A DNA stretch of 62,168 nucleotides, the filler included, from Basidiobolus ranarum (taxonomy: Eukaryota): the NCBI GenBank assembly GCA_040143965.1. It is 13 parts of 13 records of this genome, joined end to end, with 100 filler letters (N's around TTAATTAATTAA, not from the genome) between each part and the next. Parts side by side here need not be neighbours in the genome. Positions count along the whole stretch, not along the records: positions 38,382 to 43,066 come from JASJQH010001865.1; positions 43,167 to 47,845 come from JASJQH010001866.1; positions 47,946 to 52,621 come from JASJQH010001867.1; 10 more parts are not named here. One strand, given 5' to 3'. The notes under the pieces were generated by a model, which was not told where the DNA came from, did no database searches, and saw only the letters and a program-made list of their open reading frames with translations. The stretch's first letter is position 1, and each line of letters starts with the position of its first letter. Positions 38,282 through 50,756 of the stretch are shown here, one piece after another. The position numbers and the translations under genes were made by a program.

Positions 38282-38381
38282 NNNNNNNNNNNNNNNNNNN
38301 NNNNNNNNNNNNNNNNNNNNNNNNNTTAATTAATTAANNNNNNNNNNNNNNNNNNNNNNNNNNNNNNNNNNNNNNNNNNNN
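38282..38381. other. Artificial contig spacer
   Basis: N44-TTAATTAATTAA-N44. Confidence 0.99.
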
Positions 38382-39332
38382 TTGTCTTTGCTCTTCATCA
38401 GCTCTTGATTGAAGAAGGGAAGCATACTCCAAAACATGTCCATCTTTCTCAGACATAAGTTGCCTAAGTTGCTTGGATATGTTTTCATTGGCTGCTCTGA
38501 CATCATCTAGAATGTTAAGACTTACAGTACTGGTAGGTGAGGCCAAATTGAGTTGGTGGTTGAATGTAATGGAATTCAACAAAAAAAATGTTGTGTCCAA
38601 GAGAAAAGTGGATAAAAAGTCTTGAACTTTACTGAACCAAAGAAACAGTTAAGTGCAGAATCTTAGAACTGTTTAAGCAGGGTATATTAGCAGAGCAGAT
38701 CTAACTAATATTTGTCTTAGGAATAGCTGTGAGTTGCTATGTTATGGTAGAGAGTGGGTTTGCTAGGCAGCTAGGCTTGGTGTTCTATAGGTGCTAATAT
38801 GTACTAGGCTTGGATAGAAATGAGAGGGGAATATTGAATTTGTTGAGAAACACTGAGAAGTGTTAAGATCTTACATTTGTTGAGACACACACTAAACCAA
38901 AAACTTGAGTCAGCTTTATTTATACTTTTTGATAGCAAGATGAATTAGTCAGCACCAAGATAATAAATGACTAATTCTGATAAAAGAGAATGTAATTGGA
39001 TAGATAGATAGATAGATAGATAAGTGAGTCATGCATCAGCTGAAGTCTTGACAGTCAAAGATCATTGGTTATGAATCTTGTGACTCATATTGACTTATGT
39101 CTAGGTGGATGACTGAGAGATTAATGCTGATTATATAATGATCATGTGATTGCTCACATGATCTGATTGAAGGGATAAGATAATAGATAGTAAGTCATGT
39201 GATAAGTCACATGATATAGTCACTGGATAAGGTCAGGTGACTAGTTAGCAATGATCACAAACTAAACAGATATTCATGCAAGTTGTACAGATATGGCATA
39301 AGTTAAACAACTTTGTATGTTGGTGCACAACA
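38382..39332 (-). mobile_element. LTR retrotransposon 5' end: family C LTR (38589-39332), putative PBS, start of a gag-like ORF
   Basis: 744-bp LTR with terminal inverted TGTTGTG/CACAACA, TATAAATAAA at 38924-38915 and a (GATA)n tract, followed by T8GTTGAA and an ORF running into the gap. Confidence 0.75.
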
Positions 39333-39344
39333 ACCAGAACATCT

Positions 39345-39760
39345 ATACCCCTTTACTCTCTCTTTCTGATTTCCCTAACCCATGCTCTGATCCTTTTGTT
39401 GACCTCACCACTAGATTGTTCATCTATAAATTGCTAGATTATGGATGAATGTTCCTACCTTTACTATCTCTCTCTGATTTCCCACCTACCATCACAATCT
39501 TCTCTCTCTATTGCTATACTACTCTCACTCTGTTTATGCTTACTTGGGAGGGAACTAAAGGCATCTTCCCAGCTCTTACTTCTCAGCTTATAGCAATTTA
39601 TGACTATTAGCAACTCTCAGGCCTAGCTCACTAGGAACTCTCTAATTTTAGCTCCATCCCTTCTGTAAAACTCTACTCAGGCCCCATCCCTTCTGGAATA
39701 CTTAACTCTTGGCTCCATCCTATCTGGAATACTCCAGGCCTAGCTTACTAGGAAACTAAG
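39345..39760. repeat. CT-rich degenerate repeat cluster, probably part of another LTR
   Basis: CCATCCCTTCTG-like unit x3, CAGGCCTAGCT.ACTAGGAA x2, CTTTACT..CTCT..CTGATTTCCC x2; no CpG seen. Confidence 0.55.
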
Positions 39761-40554
39761 CTCTGTCAAATTCTTGACTTCATCTTTGAATATTGTATTC
39801 TAACTTGGCTTATTTGTTTATTCACTTTGTTTAAATTGATAAATAAATATTACACCTTCTGGTGCTTATCATCCCCCCTAACTTTAAAGAAGTAATATAT
39901 ATATAGAAGAATACCTAATACAAGTTAGAAGGATACACCTTGTAAAATGCACTCAGCTCCTTGGAGTCACGAAATCTGAACAAAACTGAGGGCCAAATTA
40001 TATTTCTGTACATTGTAGATGACTAGTTCAAAGTAAAGCATAGATTGGTAAACACCATCAATATATATGGCACTGACATACTCCAGGTAGTATATATATA
40101 TATAGGCATATCATGGATCATGTAGGCTTCGGTATTTGTAATAAGCAGGCAGAATATGGATAGTTTTACAATCTTTTGCCATTGCTCAACGTTGCCATTG
40201 ATTCTCAATATCACAGGTTTCTGTTCCAGAACTGCGTCCGAGTACAGAATCAAAGTACTATGTTGATGTATAGTTCAGAAAGACTGAAACAGGGCCTCTA
40301 CCAACGATTTAAACCGTTCTTATTGACAAACATCTCTAGAATTCATTTCTATGGCTCAAGTTTTCTATTCCCTAATGTTATACCTACTATCGCAACTTCT
40401 ATTTTTACTGGATGAGATAACCCCCAGCTTAGAGCGAACTCTTAAGCAGTCACGACTTGTGGAAACATCAGTAACCAGGTCGAATGCATGCCTACATTGG
40501 AATAATTAAATAGAGATTGCTCCATTTGATGGTTGGCCTCCCCCTAACTCTGAT

Positions 40555-41586
40555 TTATTTCGAGTCAGATGCCACCTTTTCCTCTACAATCCTAGCCATG
40601 TCCTAGAAATAAGAACCGTTAAATATACAATCTCGTGGTTTACTAACAACTCCAAATAGTATCGACAAACAGCCCATGATTGCATAGAAATTACGAAAAA
40701 TAACTTACAGTGACATGCACGCATTCTACACCTGCGCCCTCAGCTTCAGCGTTCCAGACCATGCTCTGACCGATCTGTTCGATAGGAAAAGCATGAAGAT
40801 CTAAGAGATGATTAATATACGTATGAGTCAAGTATCAATAATAAGTAAATTACCAGGTCCAAAAACTTTCAATACAGTCGGCAAAACCGCCTGCACAATC
40901 TTGTCCTTGAAACCAAAACGTGCTTCTTTGGTCTGAATCAAACTAGGGCGGAAGAGACTGACACGGTCAAAATCCATATCGACATAGTTTTGCTCTACGA
41001 TTCCTTTGACTCTACCATAGTGAAAAAAAGAGGATGCGTTGGCGCCGTAGGACGTCAGTAACGTAATATGGCTCACACCAGCATCCTTGCACACTTTAGC
41101 AAATTTGGTTGCGTAATCGATATCGATCTACAAGAGTATATCGGAAACCCCGTGAATATTTTTAAAAAGCCTTTCTATTACGTATCTAAATATTTACGTA
41201 CAAGTATCCAAAACCACTTACTTTTTCAAATTCCGATTTAGTTAGTGTAGAAGGCTGACCAGCTCCCAAGGTACAGAATGCAGTATTGCAGCCTTGAATC
41301 AAAGCCTCGTATTCTTTTGAACTATCTAAAGTATCAAGATCTTTAACAATGACTTGCTTTAGTTTATTGTCTGGATCCAACCCTTCGAGCCCTGAGACTT
41401 CTCGGCGACCAAGTGACACGATGGACGTGCAGCGTTTGGATTGAAGAAGGGTTTTAAGCACATTTCCACCCACGCCGCCTGTCAAAGGGGATTATTTCAG
41501 CAAGTATAGTAAATTAAAGTATGTAAGGTGGAAGTGTAGAGGATTTTACCCGTGGCTCCAAGGATTACAGCCGAATAATGTGACAT
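40555..41586 (-). CDS. TIP30/HTATIP2 (Fmp52-like) NAD(P)-binding Rossmann protein, about 5 exons
   Basis: Reads MSHYSAVILGATG|GVGGNVL, SLGRR, AFCTLG, IDIDYATKFAK, GANASSFFHYGRVKG and SLFRPSLI across GT-AG introns; stop at 40555. Confidence 0.88.
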
Positions 41587-43066
41587 TGTTTGCTTAGCAG
41601 AGAAGATTTTGAGTGAAGAAATATGAATTGAACGTGAGATTACAATGCTATTCATATATATCTCAGTATTGGATTGAATCCCACACCATGCTGATGACGA
41701 AGCAAATACAATTTTCTTTGGGTTCCAGCTGATCGTTTTGCATGTTGCTTAATTTGATGATTACTATTCACATGTTCGTGGGATAGCTGTCTCATGATCA
41801 TGGCAGGGCTTCAAGATTGAATTCGAAATGCGTTTGAACTCTGCCCAAGGATATTGTTGATATTGCATTCGAAAGGATAAAGGATATTGCTAGACTGAAG
41901 CTCAACCGTTGTATTATGAGGTGGCAGTTGTAAGCATAGTAAGTGTAATGGAATGTAAAACGGCGTATAGGGAGCACAAATGAAGTGAAATATAAGGAGG
42001 ATGCCGTTTTTATGACAAGGAATAACTAGAAGATGATTATTTCGACTGATGTGCGCGAGTTGTTCGCAAAAAATCATATATGAGCGTAGTTCAGATATAT
42101 GCAAGGCCTAAACTCTAAGTGATATGTTTCTCGCGTACTTGGTGCTTTTCCACGAATAAGTATTAGTATATATGTTGGTCGTAATTATTTCGCTGCGAGA
42201 TAAAGGTAAAAGGGAATGCCACTTCAAGGCAAAAACATAATACGGGGTAAAGTTGAAGCGGGTATTGTGAGAAACTATTCGTGACTGTTAAAACTTCGTC
42301 CAATTCACGTGTTATGCGGTTTGAAATATATGTTGAAGAGTGTCTGATATGAGTAGTGAATTTAGGATTAGGGGGGGTTCTATGGGTTTAGGGGAGTGGG
42401 GTGATTAGAGAACAATGGTGATAAGGCGAACAAATCTAAGAACATGCTTGGTTGTCGAGTTATAGCACCTCTATCATTAGTTCCGAATTGTGTCGAGAAA
42501 TCTAAAGAAAATGAACATTTACGGTAGAGGAAACACTAGTTTACGTGATTGGAAAGTATTTGTGGTTTGGGTGTCATGGTAGGTTCGTAGGGAATGTTAT
42601 GGCTTGAATATTGAGGGAAGTTGTTTGTCATGATAACCTACTTTGACTAATGGCACCTAATTATTTATATTGAACTGTTGATTTCTGAGATGTTTGCTTC
42701 TCAGATTTCTCAGTGTTCTTTTTAATATAACTGATTTTGCATTTCTACGGTCCCAGTGGTTGATAGGATTGAGCAATATCGAATACATAGAACAAATCAG
42801 GTTTATTTAAACTTAATCTTAAGCCATTGTTGCCGGTTCTGGAGTAGAATTTTAAACAAGTAAACTTATTCGCCAATAGGGCTATCTTCATTTACTGAGC
42901 AGAACTGTGCTAAGGACTCAGCTTACCCTACATATTCTCACTATCCTATCCATCTAGAAGTACCTTAATCTAACCCTAACCCATAAATCCAAAACCACTA
43001 CAGCACGTAGTTCAGCGCGTTGATAACCCTAATAATGATGGATTTATTTTGCCAAGTACACAGCAA

Positions 43067-43166
43067 NNNNNNNNNNNNNNNNNNNNNNNNNNNNNNNNNN
43101 NNNNNNNNNNTTAATTAATTAANNNNNNNNNNNNNNNNNNNNNNNNNNNNNNNNNNNNNNNNNNNN
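43067..43166. other. Artificial contig spacer
   Basis: N44-TTAATTAATTAA-N44. Confidence 0.99.
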
Positions 43167-43645
43167 ATGACAAAACAAGATATACTTGGGTATTCTTTCT
43201 CAAATCAAAATCTGAAGCCTTAGCTACGTTCAAGCACTACAAAGCAATGGTAGAGAAAGAATCAGCACAAAAAATAAGGGTACTAAGGAGTGATAATGGT
43301 GGAGAATACTGCTCTAAAGACTTTACTAGTTTTTGCTCTAAACATGGAATTAAGCAACAAACTACTGTACCTTATACTCCACAGCAAAATGGAGTTGCAG
43401 AACGTGCTAATAGGACCATAGTGGAGATGGCAAGATCAATGTTACATGATCAAAAGTTAGATTACCAATATTGGGCTGAATCTGTCTCCACTGCAGTCTA
43501 TATGAAAACAGATGACCAACAAGATTTTACAAAATTCTACTCCATTTGAAGCCCTATATGGATCAAAACCAAGTGTGGATCATCTCAGGATCTTTGGTTG
43601 CACTGCATATTGCCTAATTCCAGCTCAAAAATGCTCAAAATTGCA
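43167..43645 (+). mobile_element. Copia integrase fragment, relatively well preserved
   Basis: Reads RYTWVFFLKSKSE, LRSDNGGEY, TPQQNGVAERANRTIVEMARSML and HLRIFGC. Confidence 0.93.
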
Positions 43646-43648
43646 CGT

Positions 43649-43720
43649 CCAATAGTCCTATTTCATAGTAAACTATAAATAGGACATATTTAATTCAATA
43701 AAACTTAAGTGTCTAATTCA
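43649..43720 (+). repeat. 72-bp hairpin-containing module, copy 2
   Basis: 68/72 identical to 2019-2090; hairpin CCTATTT(C)ATAGT-AA-ACTATAAATAGG. Confidence 0.85.
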
Positions 43721-46700
43721 CAAATCCAAATCTTGTCCAAAATACTTCCAAATCCCCTAAACACTTTTATCAAATGAAAACCTTCCTATAAGGATCAAAA
43801 GCACTTTAAGATTCAGTGATTACTGCAAAAGAACTGGCCATTTAAGCCAAGATTGCTTCAAAAGAATTGCAAAAGAAGAGAAACCTACTGAACCTGGAAA
43901 TGTTATTACACAGAAGATCATTTGTTCATATCTGCACTATCTACAACTATCATAAAGGATTCTCAGGCATGACCTATTGATTCTGGAGCCTCCTACCATT
44001 TCAGAAATGAAAACATTGCTTTGTGTATTATGAAGAGATCCAAATCAGAAAGGTTTTCATGGGAGTTGACCACACATTGGATGCTACTGGAATGAAAGCA
44101 ATTCAAGTGAATTTAACTGGAGCTTCCAACAAGACTGTGTATACTCTTAAGGATGTGCTACATGTTGCAGATATTGCCAAGAGTTCAATATCTGCAGGCA
44201 AGGCCACCTCAGAAGGATTAAAATTCAATTTTAATAAGTCAGGACGCACCATCACTGATCAAATTGTGAATGATTTATCTTTAGGAGAGACGGATCAGAA
44301 TTTATACATACTTACATATAGTCCAAGAGGTTTATGTGTAAATAATAGTTATTGAAATTGAGAAACTATTCAATTATGGTATGAGTGATTTAGCCACATT
44401 GGATTTGATTTTTTGAGCAAAAAGATCAAAAATTGCCCAGTTTCTGGAATCCAAATTAACCCCTCAATCAAAATAGAAATTTGTGAGGGCTTGATTCATG
44501 GAAAGCAAGTAAGGCAACCATTCAAGAGCTCTGGTTTAATCAGATCTGTTAATAAATGGATCCAAGTCATTCAAATTTGTGTGGACCTATGCAAAATTTA
44601 TCAGCAGGTGAAAAAGATATTTAATAACAATTATTGATAACTATACAAGATATACTAAGGTGTACTTTATGGAAGCAAAAGAAGAAGCTTTCTCTATCTT
44701 TAGAGACTTTAAAACACCTGTGGAGACTGAAACTAGAACTAAACTCAAGAGAATTCATACTGATAATGGTGGAAAATATCCCTCAACACTATTTAACAGC
44801 TTTTACAAAGTTCATGGAATTGAGCAAGAAAATACCACCCCCTATTCACTTCAACAAAATGGAGTTGTTCAAAGAGCTATCAGTACTACAATAGAAATGG
44901 CAAGATATATGAGAAAGGCACAGAATTTATCTCATAACTTTTGGGCAGAATATGTTGCTACAGCTGTATTTCTGAGGAATAGGAGTTATACAAGAAGTCT
45001 GTCTAACTCTACACCATATCAAACTTGGTTTGTTGCTAAACTTGATGTACAATATTTGAGGATATTTGGATGCTTTGCTATGTCAGAATTATGACCAAAA
45101 ATTGATCTAAATTTGATCCAAAAAGTAAGAAATACATATTCCTGGGTTATTGTACTCAAACTAAGGCCTACAGACTCTACAATACCAAAATTTTCAAGTT
45201 AATCAAGTCCTGCAATGTTTTGCTCAATGAAAATGAAAATTTTTCACCCCAAATGATTTCAGATATTGACAAAAATCAATTTTTGCTGATCCAATCATTC
45301 AAATTGATTCCAGCCAAAACAATGAAGAAAGTAGCATTCTTATGGACCCTTCAACCAAAGTTTTGCCTACTGATGTGCCCAATACAATGCCAGAAGTTGT
45401 TGTACCTTTATCCCTAACCATCTAATTAGGTCAAAAATAGCTTTGATTACTGTATAAGTGATTCCCAAAATTGGGCCTATGCCTGCAGAGCTCAAATGCA
45501 TGAGCCCTTGACTGCAAAAGTGGCCCTGAATGGCCCTCACACAAAAATTTGGAGATCTGCCGTGGCTGATGAGTACCAAGCCTTGATTGATATTTAAACT
45601 TGGATCTTAACCAACTTACTTGATGATAGAAAATCAATTGGCTGCCAATGGGTTTTTAAAGTTAAATGCAACTCTGGTGCCAATTTAGAACAGTTTAAGG
45701 CTAGACTAGTAGCCAAAAGTTATTCCCAAGCACCAGGAATAGATTATATGGAAACCTCTGCTCCTGAAGCAAAGTTTAATTCAATTAGATTGATTGTAGT
45801 AATTTCAACTAAATATCAGTTTATTTTGCATCAAATTGATGTTAAAGCTGCTTTTTTAAGTGGTGAGCTTGCTGCAGAGATCTATATGAACAAGCCAGAT
45901 GGATTTGTTGACCCAGAAAACCCTAAAAAAGTTTGCAGACTCTGGAAAACACTCTATGGCTTAAAACAGTCTCTGATAGCTTGGACTAGCAAGATAGACA
46001 CCTTTTTGGAAACACATAAATTCCAAAAGCATAATGCTGACTATGGTATATTCTTCAGGCCAGATAAGACAATTACAGCTTTATTAACCTTGTATGTAGA
46101 TAACCTTATTGTAACACCAATTACTTGAAGGCTATTGAGAAAACCAAATCCAGCTTATCAGTCTAATTTAAAATGCCTGATCTTGGTGAAGTGACATACT
46201 ATCTTGGAATCCAGATTAAGATAGATAAAACTACCAACACAATACCTTTAAGCCAGTCTGACTATATCTTAGATATATTAAAGAGGTTTATAATGGACAA
46301 ATGTTAGCCAGCATCTACCCCAATGGAGACAAATCTTAACTCAACAAAAAAAGGCCCAAATCAAACATTCTTCAATTCAAATGAAAGCCAGATATTTCCT
46401 TATCAATCTATAGTTGGTAGTTTGATGTTTATGATGACTGGAACATGGCTAGATATTGCATATTCTATGGGAGTGATGTATCAATATTTTCAAAGCTATG
46501 GATCTGAACAAATAATAGCAGTTAAGTGAATTTTCAGATATTTGAAAGATGCTATAGATCTGTGCATAAAATACACATATTTAGGATCAAGCTTTGATCT
46601 GATGGGATATTCCAATGCAAATTGGGGTAGAGATACTGAAGACAGGAGATTTACAACAGGATATTTATTTATTGGCTGTAACAGAGCCTTTTCTTGGAAT

Positions 46701-47427
46701 TCAAAGTAACAACCTACCATAGCACTTTTCACAACAGAAGCAGAATACATGGCTGCCTGTAAAGTGATGAAAGAAGCAATACGGTTAAGAAAACTCTCAA
46801 CAGATCCAGGTTATTCTCAAAATTCACCAACTTCAATATTTCAACATAATCATAGTTGCATCAAATTGGCTAAGAATCCCATGCTTCATAATAGAAGCAA
46901 AAATATACAGTTTAAGCATCACTTCATTAGAGAGACTGTAGAGAACAGGTTTATGACTTAACTTATTGTTCTAAAGAAGATGTGACTGCTCATAAATTAA
47001 TCAATCCATTAGCTATACAGAAATTTGAGAAACCTAGACCTTCAGTAGGATTAGTTTATATTATAATTTAGTTAAAAGAGAGTTTGGAAATGAGTAATGC
47101 CTAAACACCCATATAGTCATAAATAGCTAAGTACTTAGTAATCTTATACGTCACCAAGATAGTATCCATTTTCTCAATTGTAAGGTATTTAGAATATTTT
47201 TATCAACTTGGAGGCTCTCAGGTATAAAGCTTGTCAAACTTGTGCTAGAAGCCCCAAGCTTTGCCCTACACTCCTGGGATCTTTCTTAACACTTTCTACA
47301 TGTTGGTTTGTTTACTTCTTGACAAATCTATAAATGTCAACTTTCTACTCAATAAATTAATAATTGAAAACCACCAATTCCTCTAAATCTCCAAGCCACT
47401 TCCAACAGGCTCTGAAATACTCTAACA
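43721..47427 (+). mobile_element. Decayed, 5'-truncated Ty1/copia element (gag knuckle, PR, INT, RT, RNase H, 3' LTR)
   Basis: Domains in copia order with many stops: CKRTGHLSQDC, DSGASYH, HTDNGGKY, QQNGV, FKARLVAK, QIDVKAAFLSG, LYGLKQS, LYVDNL, TEAEYMAA. Confidence 0.95.
47083..47427 (+). repeat. LTR family A, 3' LTR
   Basis: Follows purine tract AAAAGAGAG, ends CTAACA, and is homologous to the solo LTRs. Confidence 0.85.
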
Positions 47428-47845
47428 CATATTTGATATCAAACCATTGATTCCCCATCTTAAAGTTTTGATGAAATCACACAAATATAGATCATTTATC
47501 TAATACCAAAGCACTCACTGTAAAGCTGAGGTATTACCAAAATACTTGATGGATATGACAACTGCATTCTGAAAAGTTAAGGTTTCTTTGAGAACAAGTA
47601 TGCTCATGCATTTACATTGGCTATGGATAGTTTTGTCACTAAATAAATATACCATTAAAAAGGCCTGCTGGCCAAAAAATTAAGTAACTTAAATCTTTCT
47701 CCTTCTCAACAGCTTGTTGAGAGGTGCCATAAACTTCCAAATTGGGCCTCTTCCAACTAGTGCTCCTGGTTCAAGGGTAAAATTAAGATTTTGCCAGTAT
47801 ATCTGACTCTGGAAATGCTGATCTTTGTAATGGTGTGAAGAATTT

Positions 47846-47945
47846 NNNNNNNNNNNNNNNNNNNNNNNNNNNNNNNNNNNNNNNNNNNNTTAATTAATTA
47901 ANNNNNNNNNNNNNNNNNNNNNNNNNNNNNNNNNNNNNNNNNNNN
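47846..47945. other. Artificial contig spacer
   Basis: N44-TTAATTAATTAA-N44. Confidence 0.99.
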
Positions 47946-49670
47946 GGTTATTATCATTCCTTGATTTACAGCAATGGTAAAAGCTTGCACTAGTGATTTT
48001 GCTCATCCTTGCCTGATCATTCAGTATTTTGCTCAAAACACTGTCTTATTCTACCTGTTGCTCTGATATGAGCATGCAGTGTTTATCAAGCGAGTTGTAC
48101 TTTTGTGGATATTTGTCAAAGTCTGAATAAAATGATGTATGTTCTTTATTTGACTAGTGCTACATCTTTGATGTTAAATGGAGTAGCTAACAATATACCC
48201 AACTTCGCACTATTTTGCATCCTTTGCCATGAACAATTTTGATGAATGTTCATTACAAAAGTATATGGAATGCTGGCAATGCCCTCCTTGACCAGAGAGA
48301 ATAAGACTTCGTTATGGCATATGGCAGTAATACAATTTAAAGTAATTCCAATCTACTATCGAGGATTCCTATTGAAGTTTATTGAAACTATGAACCCAAT
48401 CATGGCACACTTCATAAGCGTTTCCATCAAAGTCCAACTATGAAGCCATAAAGCTAATCTTCTTTCGTTAATTGTTAAGTGTGCTACTTTTGGCAATTTT
48501 GAACTAAATCTTTTAATGACTCTCAATAAATCCAAAATCTTAGTATTATAAACCAATACAGATACATTTCTTCAAGTTTTTACTTTCCTAGTAAGATTCC
48601 ATCAACTTCTCACTATACTAAAAATCACTCGCTAATATATAATATCAACTTTTCCATTCTCTTTGAAATTTCCTTGCCAACCCTAGTAAAGCGCAGAGAT
48701 CTGGAATGACACTCTCTATGGTGGCTTTATCTCCATTGCATGTTCAGAAATTACATTTAGTTAGTTTAGCTTTATTTACATGGCCAGCTTAAGCAGCTTT
48801 ATTGCTTAGTTCTTAGTTCCATATATAGCTTAGTAAAGTGTATAACTTGTCATTACTTCTATAGTTGAAGTAAAAACTGATTTTCTTTCCTGCTCAACAA
48901 GTAGAATATTTTTCTTAGTAAAGCATAATAAACCTACTCCTTCATAAACCCATGCACAAAGCAAAGTAAGGTTACTCTTGTGAATTAACAGCAAGATTAC
49001 AAGTGTAATGAATCATGAAAAAAAAGTATGATTTTCACTTGTAGGCTCATTAAATGAACTTTAGTATTTGTACTTCTGTATGAAGTACCAGAAACTAATA
49101 ATAGGTCCATGGTAAGAAACGTGCCAGGATACTATGAACTAAGTTTAGGTACTTTGGGCTAATTGTGAAATTTCTACAAAATCTGAACATCCTAGACATC
49201 ATCACAAAGAATTAGTTGTATACAATATCAATCCCAACTTGAACTATTTTCTCTCAAAGTACAATAGCAGTCTTTTACTATACATGAGATATTAGAAATG
49301 CACTTTAATACTCTTTCTCAACTTTTATTTCATTAATTTTGCCACTCTTGTCCAGAGGAATAATTGTTGATTTCTTCCCTTTTCTAGATAGCTCCAGATT
49401 ATAATGTACTCCCTTCCAAATACTCCATTTTTCTGAGCTGCAGTCTTTCATAGAGACTATATGACATAATCCACATAGCTCCAAGCTCAATATCAAGCCT
49501 AAAAGCCATTGAAGCTGATACAGGTCAGCAGTTGCCGGTTAATATATTAAAAACATGTTTGAAATACCTATGAAGGGTTTTCAATGCTTCAAAAATATAT
49601 TGTGCAAGTATCCTTTAATCATGTTGCTGGAATGGACATATTCAACACTTCCAGCTCTTGCACTTGTATA

Positions 49671-49890
49671 TGTAACACCTTTTGGGAGCCTGTTTGAAGT
49701 GGTTTGCAGGATTAGAGAAATTGGTGGTTATCACTTATTGATTCATTGAGCAGAAAGTTAACATATGCAGTTTTGTCATGATATAAGCAAATCAACATGT
49801 TCAATGCTTTAAGGAAGATCCTAGGAACATATGTGCAAAGTTTGGAGCTTCTAGCACAAGCTTGAGGAATCTGTATATCTGAGAACTTCA
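49671..49890 (-). repeat. LTR family A, partial diverged copy
   Basis: Aligns with 50175-50395 (GAAGTGGTTTG..ATTAGAGAAATTGGTGGTT..GTGCAAAGTTTGG.GCTTCTAG). Confidence 0.8.
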
Positions 49891-50174
49891 GCTATAACAA
49901 AAGTCCTGACCCATATTATGTACTTATATTTGAGTATTGAAGACCACTCTAATAATTGAAGAATTATAATTCAACTTGGAAATCCCAAACACAGCTTGAC
50001 TTAATTGCCCCAAAGTGAAAATGAATATTGATATCATAGTTATGAAAACACTAAATGAAAAGCTTAGGTGAAACTTGTTGTCCATAGATATATAGTAGCT
50101 TTCTTCACATTGCCCATCACCCATCAAAGCCTATGTGTACAGCAAAATGCACCATTTTTGATTTTGCAATGTTG

Positions 50175-50522
50175 TGTTAAAGTATTTGGGAGTCTGTTGG
50201 AAGTGGTTTGGAGAATTAGAGAAATTGGTGGTTTTCACTAGTTGATTAGTTTAGTAGAAAGTTGCAATTTATAGTTTTGTCATGATGTAAGCAAACTAAC
50301 ATGTAGAAAGTGTTAAGAAAGGTCCCAGGAACCTGTGTGCAAAGTTTGGGGCTTCTAGTACAAGTTTGAAACATCTATATATCTGGGAACTTCAAAGTTG
50401 TTAAAAATATTCCAAGTAAATTCCAATTGAGAATAATGGACAATATCTTAGTGAATTATAAAATAACTAAGTACCAAGCTATATATGACTATATAGGTGC
50501 TTGGGTAATGTGAATTTCAACA
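50175..50522 (-). mobile_element. Solo LTR, family A
   Basis: TGTT...CAACA termini; flanks TGTTG and TCTTG (TSD with one mismatch). Confidence 0.88.
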
Positions 50523-50756
50523 TCTTGATCATCTTCCATTCATGGTATCTATAACTAGCTTGACTGAAGTGGTAATGCTGAGGTTCTTGGAATATTTTGA
50601 CTGATGCATTATTTCACTATATCTTAGTTCAATAAAAAATTATCTGAAAGTAAAGTATGATCCCAAAATCTCAAATCTCTATGATATATGGAATAAGCAT
50701 ATTGGACAGAGTAAGTCTTAAAAATAGGTCAGTATTGTCTATAAAGTGTTCCCAAT

